64,000 nt of DNA. Source: Bacteroidota bacterium (GTDB lineage Bacteria > Bacteroidota > Bacteroidia > NS11-12g > UBA9320). Positions within the stretch are counted from its first letter, which is position 1, and each line of letters opens with the position of its first letter. Under the pieces are notes generated by a model. The model saw nothing but the letters and a program-made list of their open reading frames with translations, was not told the DNA's origin and did not search any database. The stretch lies in the NCBI GenBank assembly GCA_016124755.1, contig WGNA01000005.1, positions 178,684 to 242,683 on the forward strand. The letters run 5' to 3'. The position numbers and the translations under genes were made by a program. Below are positions 39,544-49,381 of this stretch, piece after piece.

Positions 39544-41847
39544 CTATGGCATTCGAACCAGTTTTGTCTGAAACACGTTCCGGCCGCTGTAAACCTTCAC
39601 AAAATAAATTCCGGCACTAAGGTGATTTACGTTCACTTCATCATTCGTGTCGAAATCCTTTTGCATCACGACTTCACCGTTGAGACCATAAATTTCTAAG
39701 TGAGCTTTTGAACTGCTCAATCCGCTAAAATGTATTGTACCATTCGTAGGGTTCGGGAACATTACGATCTGGGCTGTTTTAATATCCGGAATTCCAACCG
39801 TGTATGTATTGCATTTTTGTGTACCCCGCATGTACTGAATTCCGCCCCGGTAATTTCCGACAATCATGTCCTTAATTCCATCGCCATCGAGATCCGCAAC
39901 CGCCGCGATTCCGGATTTCCCAACCGAATAATTATAGCAGGTTCCGGTTCGGGTTGAATAATTAATGTTGTCGAATGCCTTGAAATTGGATCCTGCATTT
40001 TTCCGGATATCTCTCACTATTTTGAAAATTCCGTCTTCCGATCCTAAAATAAATTCCGGATCTCCATTGGTATCGAGGTCGGCAATAAATGGTGCACTGT
40101 ATCCGATTGAGAAATAAACTAAGCTATCGTAAAAAGTGTCCCGGGTTTCATCGTAAAAGTATTGAGAGATTTTTCGGTTTGCCATCAAACCTCCGAACGT
40201 ATCGCTTGCCAGAGTAAAGGCCGGAATTGTACCTGTGGCATCGTTGCGGAAATAAAATGTATTCCCCTCGTAACAGCCGATCAAAAGATCTGCGTCTCCA
40301 TCTCCATCAACATCTGCAATGTGCGGAGTTGCAGCAGATCCCACGTCAATATTGAAAGAATTTTTAGAAACGAGTTGTGCTGTGGTGCTCTTACCGGAAC
40401 CTAAAAGGTTGTACAATCTCAAGGTTCCGTTTACTTCTCCAATCAGCAATTCGGGTTTACCGTCTTTGTTTAAATCACCAATCGTCGGCACCATTCTCCC
40501 AATCGAATCCTTTTCGAGATTCAGGAAGTTGTTATCGGCCATCTGAAAAATTGCTTTGGTTGAAGTTCCAATATTTTCAAACAACACCAATCGATCGTGC
40601 ACATCGGCAGTTAATCCCCAGTCACCATTCGTTGCAATAATGAGATCCTGATCTCCATCGCCGTCCATATCCCACAAAACCGGTGCGGTATGACTTCCAA
40701 AATCCACCGCATCTCTTGCCAGAAAAGCACTGTCTTTAAATACAAAATTGGGTTTGTTGTTTTTCCCGGTATTCTGATACATGAAAATATTTCCGGTTTC
40801 CCGGAAGTAACCACTTGTTTTATCGGTATAGTTAACAGCAACCAATAAATCTTTCACTCCATCCCCATCAAGATCCTGATAAAACGGAGCTGGAAAAGCC
40901 GTCATTTTTGCCTGCTTGGTATTCGAAGGAAATTTGTTGTCGTAGGCAATCATCGAATCGAGTTTCATGTTCAGGTTCTTTTTGCCGTTCGTGAGATAAA
41001 TAAGATTTGAAAAGCCTGCGTTCCCTAGAACCAAATCCATATCCCCGTCTTCATCCCCGTCGAGTAGTAATAAACTGGAACCTCCTGCATGTTTTTTCAG
41101 TTTCTTCCAGCACCACTGATTGCGTTGCAAGAAAATCTCATTGGTCTGGTCGCCTTCCTGAAAATCGCCCCAGCACACATCGGCTTCAATAAAGACCGGC
41201 GGATCTAACGGTAAGGAATTCTCAACAGTTACATTTCGGAACAAGGTAATTCCGGCTCCGTATTTCTGAAGCGTTAAAAAGTCGATATCGCCATCGCCGT
41301 CAACATCTTCAATCGCCGGAATGTTGGTTCCGTCGCAATACAAATCGCTGGTATCTAATGGCGGAGTTCCATGATTATAAGCGCGAAGAACACTGCTAAC
41401 AAGAGTAAAATGTATTTGAGAATCGTCGTTTGCTGTGGTGTTTCGGTACAGGGTAATGTTTTGATTTTCGTCATCACGGTACCAAAGATCTTCCTTTCCA
41501 TCTCCATCGTAATCCCGGAACACAACCCAGGAAGAGAACTTCGGAAAAATCTGATCGTATTCCGGCTGATGCGTGTATTTTCCATTTTCGTCTTTAATTA
41601 ATGAGGTGACCTTAGAACCCGACCGATCAAAAACAAAGAGATCTTTAATTCCGTCGTTATTAATATCGATTACGTAAAACTGTGGCTGGTTAAATCCCCC
41701 CACCGTAGCCAATGAAAGTGTGTTTCCGTTTTGGTCGCGGAACTCCGGTCCGTTCTCAACATTAAAAGAAATCTCGTGCTGGGCGAAAGCTGCACTGAAG
41801 ATCGAACACAGAACAAAAAAGAAAGACGACTTTACAACAAACTTCAT
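39544..41847 (-). CDS. secreted FG-GAP/VCBS (integrin-alpha-like) repeat protein with a T9SS C-terminal sorting domain
   Basis: Signal peptide is present. It carries many DxDGDGxxD Ca-binding propeller repeats (DINNDGIKDLFVFD, DYDGDGKEDLW, DVDGDGDIDFL, DLDGDGVKDLLV...). The C-terminus MFPNPTNGTIHFSGL...GIYFVKV...KLVRMP is a T9SS CTD. Confidence 0.75.
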   Translation of the reverse strand: MKFVVKSSFFFVLCSIFSAAFAQHEISFNVENGPEFRDQNGNTLSLATVGGFNQPQFYVIDINNDGIKDLFVFDRSGSKVTSLIKDENGKYTHQPEYDQIFPKFSSWVVFRDYDGDGKEDLWYRDDENQNITLYRNTTANDDSQIHFTLVSSVLRAYNHGTPPLDTSDLYCDGTNIPAIEDVDGDGDIDFLTLQKYGAGITLFRNVTVENSLPLDPPVFIEADVCWGDFQEGDQTNEIFLQRNQWCWKKLKKHAGGSSLLLLDGDEDGDMDLVLGNAGFSNLIYLTNGKKNLNMKLDSMIAYDNKFPSNTKQAKMTAFPAPFYQDLDGDGVKDLLVAVNYTDKTSGYFRETGNIFMYQNTGKNNKPNFVFKDSAFLARDAVDFGSHTAPVLWDMDGDGDQDLIIATNGDWGLTADVHDRLVLFENIGTSTKAIFQMADNNFLNLEKDSIGRMVPTIGDLNKDGKPELLIGEVNGTLRLYNLLGSGKSTTAQLVSKNSFNIDVGSAATPHIADVDGDGDADLLIGCYEGNTFYFRNDATGTIPAFTLASDTFGGLMANRKISQYFYDETRDTFYDSLVYFSIGYSAPFIADLDTNGDPEFILGSEDGIFKIVRDIRKNAGSNFKAFDNINYSTRTGTCYNYSVGKSGIAAVADLDGDGIKDMIVGNYRGGIQYMRGTQKCNTYTVGIPDIKTAQIVMFPNPTNGTIHFSGLSSSKAHLEIYGLNGEVVMQKDFDTNDEVNVNHLSAGIYFVKVYSGRNVFQTKLVRMP

Positions 41848-41974
41848 AATCAGTTTTTAGAAATGACCGGCAAGAACATCATACCGTTGCACAAAGTGAG
41901 AATAAAAATCGCTCGAATTCAACACTTCTCACAGTAATTACGTAACTCTGATTACCGAAATTCGTACTTCGTTC

Positions 41975-42739
41975 ATGAGAGTTATTTTAATATCACTGTT
42001 AATAATGCTGGCAGCACGCCCCGTTGCATGCGCGCAGACCTCCAAAACCAGTGATATTTATCTATATGAAAAAGTTGACTCCACTCCCATTTCAGACGCG
42101 CTCATCATTTATAATGAAAGATCTTTCATTACAGATTCCGCAGGTCATTTCCGGTTAACCGCTGTTTTCCCTTGTACCATTGAATACCTTCACATTAATC
42201 ACAATGGGAAAATTCAATTAGACGATACCAGCTATCAAAAAATTTACGTCGATACGGAAACGCACACGCTCCCGGAAGCCAACATCTGGTTTCTGAAAGA
42301 CAAACTCGGTTTCGATCGGGCGTTTGTGGAAGGCAATATTCCGATAGATAGTTTTTTAGTGCTAAAGGGAAGTCTCCATCTCGATGCAGTTGATCGCTCC
42401 ACACATCAGGGCGGTATTGCTTTGGGAAGTCCGATCACGATGCTTTACAACCAGTTTAGCAAAGAAGGTCAACGCAAAATGGCCTATACCGAAACCATGA
42501 TCAAACGCCAAAAAGTCGACATCCTTCGCATTATGATGAACCGCCACCGGCTGTCTCAGGTTCTGGAAACCGATGATCCCGAAGTGATGAAATGCTTCTT
42601 CCTGTATTGCTCTATTCATCCCGATTGTGTTGAGTTCCTGTCGGAAGCCATGCTACTCCGATGGCTTGAAGACTGTGAAAAGACTTTTGATCCGAATGGA
42701 AATTGCGATTGGTCGGATATGCTCTACTTCGTACCCTGA
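41975..42739 (+). CDS. hypothetical secreted protein
   Basis: Signal peptide MRVILISLLIMLAARPVACAQ is present. The N-terminus is Ig/CarboxypepD_reg-like. Confidence 0.45.
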   Translation: MRVILISLLIMLAARPVACAQTSKTSDIYLYEKVDSTPISDALIIYNERSFITDSAGHFRLTAVFPCTIEYLHINHNGKIQLDDTSYQKIYVDTETHTLPEANIWFLKDKLGFDRAFVEGNIPIDSFLVLKGSLHLDAVDRSTHQGGIALGSPITMLYNQFSKEGQRKMAYTETMIKRQKVDILRIMMNRHRLSQVLETDDPEVMKCFFLYCSIHPDCVEFLSEAMLLRWLEDCEKTFDPNGNCDWSDMLYFVP

Positions 42740-42800
42740 AATGTGCAGATCATTTTTTCCTCTCTTCGTTTTCGTATTCTAATATTGACTGCTTTGAAGA

Positions 42801-44099
42801 ATGGAAAAAGTCGACTCCCGATTCGTATTCAGAATTCTTGCTGAACAGCAGATGAAATTCACTACCGACTCACGAAAAGTGGAGAACGGTTCGGTGTTTT
42901 TTGCACTAAAAGGCGAAAGTTTCAACGGAAATTTATTCGCGCTCAAAGCACTTGAATCGGGCGCTTCGTATGTTGTGGTGGATGAAGACATTGCCTCTGA
43001 GCAATCCGGAATTTTAGTAGTTGATGATGTGCTTAAATGCTTTCAGGAAGTAGCAACACATTATCGAAGAACTTTTAAAATTCCCTTTCTCGCAGTTGCC
43101 GGCAGCAACGGAAAAACCACAACCAAAGAATTGATTAAAGCGTGTCTTTCTAAAAAATATAAAGTTCACGCCACGTCCGGAAATTTCAACAACCACATCG
43201 GAGTTCCGATTACGCTTTTAACCATGCCGGCCGATACAGAATTAGCCGTAATTGAAATCGGCACCAATTCGTTCGGTGAAATTGAAACACTCTGTAAAAT
43301 TCTGGAACCCGACTACGGTTTAATCACCAACATCGGGAAAGAACACCTCGAAGGTTTTGGCGATCTCGATGGAGTCGCCCGCGAAGAAAGTGAACTCTAT
43401 AATTACCTGATCCAACATCGGGGTTTTGCCTTTATTAATGCTGATGATCCGTATTTATTCCGGATGTCGCACCGCATCTCCAATAAAATTTCATACGGAT
43501 TTTCCGATCCGGCTGAGATGCATTTTACCATCATTTCAACACTGCCGGAAATTCAGATTGAGCAGAATAAAACTTTTTTCAGATCTGCCATGCAGGGAAT
43601 TCACAATGCATCAAACATTGCCTGTGCTGTTACGGTCGCAAGTCATTTCGGAGTTGCTGTTCCGGAGATTCAAGCTTCGATTTCCGGATATCAGCCGGCA
43701 AACAACCGATCCGAAATGCGGGTAATTGGCAGCAACCACATTATTCTCGATGCATACAATGCAAATCCGAGCAGCATGGAAGTAGCGATTGAAAGCTTTG
43801 TAAAAAGTGATGTACCGAATAAAGTATTGTTACTGGGCGACATGTTCGAACTCGGAAATTACAGTGATGAAGAACATTTCAACTTAGCGGAAAGGGTGTC
43901 GAAACTCAGCGATATCCAATACCATTTATGTGGAGATGCGTTTCAGAGAGCCGCAGAAAAACTCGGACTTCCCTCATTTAAAAATGTTGATGAACTCAAT
44001 AACCATCTCTCGAAACAAACTTTTGAAAACGCCTGGTTTTTAGTAAAAGGATCCCGCGGAATGAAGATGGAACGCGTGCTCGAAGCCCTCGGAAATTAA
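42801..44099 (+). CDS. murF: UDP-N-acetylmuramoyl-tripeptide--D-alanyl-D-alanine ligase
   Basis: The Mur-ligase P-loop AVAGSNGKTTTKE is present, and the overall layout and length are MurF-like. Confidence 0.8.
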   Translation: MEKVDSRFVFRILAEQQMKFTTDSRKVENGSVFFALKGESFNGNLFALKALESGASYVVVDEDIASEQSGILVVDDVLKCFQEVATHYRRTFKIPFLAVAGSNGKTTTKELIKACLSKKYKVHATSGNFNNHIGVPITLLTMPADTELAVIEIGTNSFGEIETLCKILEPDYGLITNIGKEHLEGFGDLDGVAREESELYNYLIQHRGFAFINADDPYLFRMSHRISNKISYGFSDPAEMHFTIISTLPEIQIEQNKTFFRSAMQGIHNASNIACAVTVASHFGVAVPEIQASISGYQPANNRSEMRVIGSNHIILDAYNANPSSMEVAIESFVKSDVPNKVLLLGDMFELGNYSDEEHFNLAERVSKLSDIQYHLCGDAFQRAAEKLGLPSFKNVDELNNHLSKQTFENAWFLVKGSRGMKMERVLEALGN

Positions 44100-46204
44100 A
44101 GTGATTTCCGATACGTTCTGATCAGCAGAACACCAAGGTTTCTGTGCGGAGGCAAATAATCCGCGAATCTTTCTGAAGCGGTTTTATTCGAAGCAAGTGT
44201 CTTCCCCACCTGAGTCCAGAGTGTTTCCCAAACCACATCTTTGTCTTGACGCAATTGTTCGCAGATGTCGAAGATCAGCTCATTATTTACGTATCGTGTT
44301 CCTACCTGTTTACTTGCGATAATCTGAGCATTCGGTGAATAATTCATCACCTCGCTAATGTTGTTGTAACCACCGCAAGAACCAAGAATTACCAACTCTG
44401 CACTCGGCGTAACCGATTCGATAGTGGTTGAAACGTAATAGCTATGGCCGCGATGCACGACTATATCCGGGAACCTTCCGGTCTTTTTAAAATACTCCCG
44501 AATCGCATCCTGACCGGCATATTCCGAAGTTGGTTTATTCAGAAAAAGCTTCACCTTTCTGCCGTAAGTCGATTGAACGATCACATAGCTTCCTTTGTCA
44601 ACGGTTGTCCAACCGGGTTTATTAAAGCGTTGCAAAAATGAAGAGTAACTCACCCGACCATCGATATCATCAAAAAAGAAATGCTGTTGAATATGTTCGT
44701 TCTTCTTAAAGGCAGAACTGCGCATCAGTTCCGACAACTCGGTTATGTCTGTATTAATTTCCGGGTTCTCAATAAGACCGGTAACGCTCAGCAACGATTT
44801 GTACAGCTTAGTGTTTTCGTCTGTCTTCCAGTGAATGGTTTCGTACTCTTTTTTAAGTGCGGTTCCGAAAATTTCCTTGTCTTCCGAATTAGCCAAAGCA
44901 CCGTAAGTATCCGCCAAAACTACCGCTTCCTCCAAAGGATTGGGCTCGCGATCAAGACCATTCACCATGCGGTTAAACAATGCGCGTTTTTCCCATTCGT
45001 TCATTCGGCTCAGAAAGGTTGGCAACGTGTTGTAGGCCGCGCACATTTTAATAAAAGTACGATACCGAACCATGCCCACACTGTGCAGAAATTCGAATGA
45101 ACTTTTGAGATTCATCCGGTCCATCATCCGGGAATAAAGTCCGAGAAAAGTGGAGGTAAATATTTCGTCCTCCGCGAAAACCAACAGAGCATATAATTCT
45201 TGTGAATTGAGATTTGTCGTGTCACAAACCTTAAATCGGATGGAGTCTGCTTCTTCGTGAAGATCGTTCATCACACGAACTCTTTTTAATGCGGTATATC
45301 GTATTTCGTCATCAATAGAATAAGACGCCATCACACTCGACTTCTCACGATATTTCAAAAGGTAGGTGAATAAGCTGTCGCGATCGAGTGTTTTGTTGTG
45401 AGCATCCATCACGCTCAAACTTCCCTTCTGAACCGCATCAATTAGTAAATACGCTCTGGAATTAGAGCCAACCTTCTCAAATATTTTCATCATGGTTTGC
45501 AACTCGGGATGTCGGTTTCGCGTGGGTTCAGACAGCATTGTGCGATAAACCGGATTGTCGTTCCCCATATAAAAACAGACGTTCATGGGAGCATTCGCAC
45601 ACAATTCAGCAAGAACATCTTCCGAGTATTTGTGAGAATAAATCAATGAAAATTTACTCAGCAACAAACTCGGTTGGTTTCGCGCCGCATGAATAAGAAC
45701 ATCTTTGGCGTATGGTTTAAAATCATAAAACGGAATAACATTGATGGAAGTGGAAACATCACTTTTTAAAATAGAGGTCATCCTTTTTTCATCCTGAATC
45801 TGACGAATCCTTAGAATCATATCCACATTCAGATTCATCCGGTTGTAGAGAAAATAATTATCGGGACGAACGGTTTCCAAAAGTTTCAGCAAGTCGCTCA
45901 GCAAACGTTTTCGCGCCATTAAGTCGGCTTCACTCGTATTAATGTTTTCCTGAATACGGTTAAACTTTTCGATGTAGAGTTCGGTGGCGGCTTTGGTCTG
46001 CCTTTCTTCTGTGAGATTTACCTTTTGATCAATCGAACCGTCGAACGAATCAATCTGCTGTTGGAGCTGATCGATTTGCAGGTTGAGTTTGGTGAGAATG
46101 TCTTCCTGAGCAACCAGACTATTCGTAAAACACATTCCTGTTAAGAGGCAAGTCAGATAAAATAGATTGCTAACAAAAAGGTGTTTTGATAAGCCTGATA
46201 TCAT
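44096..46204 (-). CDS. secreted 702-aa protein with an N-terminal coiled coil, a long alpha-helical middle and a C-terminal region carrying a caspase-like His/Cys motif
   Basis: Signal peptide is present. The C-terminus DIVVHRGHSYYV...(25 aa)...AELVILGSCGGYNN resembles the caspase-fold segments h-h-S-H-G and h-h-h-Q-A-C-R-G. The rest is unassigned. Confidence 0.45.
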   Translation of the reverse strand: MISGLSKHLFVSNLFYLTCLLTGMCFTNSLVAQEDILTKLNLQIDQLQQQIDSFDGSIDQKVNLTEERQTKAATELYIEKFNRIQENINTSEADLMARKRLLSDLLKLLETVRPDNYFLYNRMNLNVDMILRIRQIQDEKRMTSILKSDVSTSINVIPFYDFKPYAKDVLIHAARNQPSLLLSKFSLIYSHKYSEDVLAELCANAPMNVCFYMGNDNPVYRTMLSEPTRNRHPELQTMMKIFEKVGSNSRAYLLIDAVQKGSLSVMDAHNKTLDRDSLFTYLLKYREKSSVMASYSIDDEIRYTALKRVRVMNDLHEEADSIRFKVCDTTNLNSQELYALLVFAEDEIFTSTFLGLYSRMMDRMNLKSSFEFLHSVGMVRYRTFIKMCAAYNTLPTFLSRMNEWEKRALFNRMVNGLDREPNPLEEAVVLADTYGALANSEDKEIFGTALKKEYETIHWKTDENTKLYKSLLSVTGLIENPEINTDITELSELMRSSAFKKNEHIQQHFFFDDIDGRVSYSSFLQRFNKPGWTTVDKGSYVIVQSTYGRKVKLFLNKPTSEYAGQDAIREYFKKTGRFPDIVVHRGHSYYVSTTIESVTPSAELVILGSCGGYNNISEVMNYSPNAQIIASKQVGTRYVNNELIFDICEQLRQDKDVVWETLWTQVGKTLASNKTASERFADYLPPHRNLGVLLIRTYRKSL

Positions 46205-46797
46205 GTATTGTTTTCTCCTTCTTTAGAAATAAAACTCTGAATCGCATGCCACAGAACAATGCCTGCACAAACCGAAATATTCAACGAATGTTTAGTTCCG
46301 AATTGCGGAATTTCCAAAAAAGTATTGCACCCCTGAATGCCGGCTTCGCTGAGTCCATCCACTTCATGACCAAAGACCAATGCGTATTTGTCTTCCGGGT
46401 TTGGAGACCAGTCTTGTAACTCGACGGAAGAAGTTGTTTGTTCTACTCCAACAATCCGCCAACCTTTTCTTTTGAGTTCGATAATCACCTCTTCAACTGA
46501 CTTCACGTAAGTCCATGGAACCGACAATTCGGCTCCCAAGGCAGACTTGGTAATTTCCCTGTGCGGTGGGTGTGGAGTGATGCCGCACAGATACATGTGC
46601 TCGACCCGAAATGCATCACTCGTTCGAAAGAGTGATCCGACGTTGAGCATACTTCTAACATTGTCGAGTACGACGATTAACGGGCGTTTGGAGGCCTTTT
46701 TAAATTCCTCAACGCTAAGCCTGTTTAGTTCGATATTCTTTAATTTGCGGGCCACTGAAGCATAGATATCATTGACAACAAATGTAAAGAAGGACAC
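46201..46797 (-). CDS. SpoU/TrmH-family RNA 2'-O-methyltransferase
   Basis: The SPOUT motifs LIVVLDNVRSMLNVGSLFRTSDAF, ALVFGHEVDGLS and SLNISVCAGIVLWH are present. Confidence 0.8.
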   Translation of the reverse strand: MSFFTFVVNDIYASVARKLKNIELNRLSVEEFKKASKRPLIVVLDNVRSMLNVGSLFRTSDAFRVEHMYLCGITPHPPHREITKSALGAELSVPWTYVKSVEEVIIELKRKGWRIVGVEQTTSSVELQDWSPNPEDKYALVFGHEVDGLSEAGIQGCNTFLEIPQFGTKHSLNISVCAGIVLWHAIQSFISKEGENNT

Positions 46798-49381
46798 CCA
46801 AACTCCGCTGATGCGACAGTATCAGCAAATCAAACTTAAATATCCGGGTGCACTTATTCTTTTCAGGGTTGGTGACTTCTACGAAACCTTTTCTGATGAT
46901 GCCATAAAAGCCTCTGAGATTCTGGATATCGTTCTCACCAAACGGGCGAACGGAAAAGCTTCTCACATTGAACTGGCTGGTTTTCCTCATCACGCACTTG
47001 ATACCTATTTACCTAAATTGGTAAGAGCCGGTTTGCGGGTTGCCATCTGCGACCAGTTGGAAGAACCTCAGAAAGGAAAAAAATTAGTAAAGCGCGGCGT
47101 AACCGAATTAGTTACACCGGGAGTTACGATGAACGACAAAGTTCTCGACAGCCGACAGAGCAACTTTCTCTGTTCCATTGCAAGCGATAAAAATCATTTC
47201 GGGGTTGCGTTTCTGGAAATTTCAACCGGTGAGTTTCTGGTTGCCGAGGGAAATAAAGAGTTTATTCAAAAACTGATGCAGAGTCTTTCTCCTTCGGAAG
47301 TGTTATTCGCAAAACCCAAGCGAAAACAATTTGAGGAAGACTTCGGTGAAAATTATCACACCTTCACTTTAGACGAATGGATTATTGATTATGAGTTCGG
47401 GCTCGATCGGTTAAAACAACAATTCGATACCTCAAATCTCAAAGGTTTTGGAATAGAAGAAATGCAACTGGCAATCGCCGCCGCCGGAGCTTGTTTGTAT
47501 TATCTCGAACAAACGCATCACAATTTATTAGACCATATTACGGGTGTCAGCAGAATTGAAGAAGACACCTATTTATGGATGGATCAGTTCACCATTCGAA
47601 ATCTCGAACTGGTGCATTCTAATCATCATCAGGGAAAAAGTCTGCTCGACATTCTTGATGAAACCTGCACTCCGATGGGAGGCCGGCTTCTCCGAAAATG
47701 GATGGTTTTGCCGCTCAAAGATTTGTCGGTTATCCGCAAAAGATTAGATGTGGTTTCCTGCTTTTTTAATCAGGATAAACTGTGCCGGGAATTCATTTCC
47801 TATTTGAAGCAAATTGGTGATCTCGAAAGACTGGTTTCCAAAATTTCCACGCAGCGAATCAATCCAAGGGAATTAAATCAGTTCAAGAAGGCTCTTCAAA
47901 ACATGCAGAAAATCCGAACGATTTGTCTTGAATCCGAATTTGAAGAATTAAAAGAAATCGGACTTACCATTTCGGATTGTGCGAACATCATTTCTAAAAT
48001 CGATACGGAGATTTCGGAAGACGCTCCGATGCTCATCAACAAAGGCGGAATTTTTAATTCTGGAATTAATGATGAGCTGGATGAACTCAGAAGTCTTGCT
48101 TATGCCGGTAAAGATTATTTAGTCGGGATTCAGCAACGGGAAAGTGCGGCAACCGGAATTCCTTCGCTAAAAATTGCCTTTAATAATGTGTTCGGATACT
48201 ACATCGAAGTTACCAATACGCATCGCGATAAAGTTCCTACGGAGTGGATTCGCAAACAAACTTTAGTGAATGCCGAGCGATACATCACAGAAGAATTAAA
48301 GGAATACGAACAAAAAATTCTCACAGCCGAAGACAAAATTCTAGCGATAGAAAGCAATCGTTTCCGGGATCTGGTTCTGGAATTAGGCGATGAAATTCAT
48401 CCCGTTCAAACCGATGCCCGACACATTGCACGACTCGATTGCCTTTTGTCGTTCGCGATGGTTTCCAGAACCCACAATTACTGCCGACCGGAAATAGATG
48501 ATTCGCTGCTTCTGGCACTTCACGAATGCCGGCATCCGGTGATTGAGCAGCAGTTGCCCCATGGTGAATCGTATATCCCGAATGATCTGATGCTGAACAG
48601 TGAAGATCAGCAACTCATTATTTTAACTGGTCCGAATATGTCGGGTAAGTCGGCATTGTTGCGGCAAACGGCTCTCGCGGTTTTAATGGCGCAGATGGGT
48701 TGTTTCGTTGCAGCCAAACACGCGCAGATCGGCATGGTTGATAAGATTTATACCCGCGTTGGTGCAAGTGATAATATTAGTCAGGGCGAATCGACCTTTA
48801 TGGTGGAAATGACCGAAACGGCGAGCATACTCAACAACCTTTCACCGAGAAGTCTGATTTTATTGGATGAAATCGGGAGAGGAACCAGCACGTTCGACGG
48901 CGTTTCTCTGGCCTGGGCAATTGCCGAGTTTATTGCCACTCACGACTTTAAACCCAAAACTCTTTTTGCAACGCATTATCATGAGTTGAATGAGTTGGAA
49001 GAGAAACACTCGACGGTTAAAAACTATCATGTCACTACTCGTGAAGTCGGGAAAAAGGTGATTTTTCTCCGGAAGATCGAAAAAGGCGGAAGCGAACACA
49101 GCTTCGGAATTCATGTCGCACGAATGGCCGGCATACCTTCAAAGGTGGTAAAGCGGGCGGATCAGATTTTAGCGGAATTAGAAAAAGACCGCATGAATCT
49201 GAGTGGTCGTGATAAATTGAAACAACTGCGACAAACCGAATATCAACTCAACTTATTTTCGATTGACGATCCGAGAATCCGGGAAATCACAAAACAACTC
49301 GAATCGATCGATACCAATACGCTTACACCGATCGAAGCGCTGTTAAAATTAAATGAGTTAAAGAAGGCTCTGAATGATTAG
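46772..49381 (+). CDS. mutS: DNA mismatch repair protein MutS
   Basis: The N-terminus TPLMRQYQQIKLKYPGALILFRVGDFYETF and the Walker A GPNMSGKS are present. DEIGRGTSTFDG and the overall length are MutS-like. Confidence 0.95.
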   Translation: MTTNVKKDTQTPLMRQYQQIKLKYPGALILFRVGDFYETFSDDAIKASEILDIVLTKRANGKASHIELAGFPHHALDTYLPKLVRAGLRVAICDQLEEPQKGKKLVKRGVTELVTPGVTMNDKVLDSRQSNFLCSIASDKNHFGVAFLEISTGEFLVAEGNKEFIQKLMQSLSPSEVLFAKPKRKQFEEDFGENYHTFTLDEWIIDYEFGLDRLKQQFDTSNLKGFGIEEMQLAIAAAGACLYYLEQTHHNLLDHITGVSRIEEDTYLWMDQFTIRNLELVHSNHHQGKSLLDILDETCTPMGGRLLRKWMVLPLKDLSVIRKRLDVVSCFFNQDKLCREFISYLKQIGDLERLVSKISTQRINPRELNQFKKALQNMQKIRTICLESEFEELKEIGLTISDCANIISKIDTEISEDAPMLINKGGIFNSGINDELDELRSLAYAGKDYLVGIQQRESAATGIPSLKIAFNNVFGYYIEVTNTHRDKVPTEWIRKQTLVNAERYITEELKEYEQKILTAEDKILAIESNRFRDLVLELGDEIHPVQTDARHIARLDCLLSFAMVSRTHNYCRPEIDDSLLLALHECRHPVIEQQLPHGESYIPNDLMLNSEDQQLIILTGPNMSGKSALLRQTALAVLMAQMGCFVAAKHAQIGMVDKIYTRVGASDNISQGESTFMVEMTETASILNNLSPRSLILLDEIGRGTSTFDGVSLAWAIAEFIATHDFKPKTLFATHYHELNELEEKHSTVKNYHVTTREVGKKVIFLRKIEKGGSEHSFGIHVARMAGIPSKVVKRADQILAELEKDRMNLSGRDKLKQLRQTEYQLNLFSIDDPRIREITKQLESIDTNTLTPIEALLKLNELKKALND

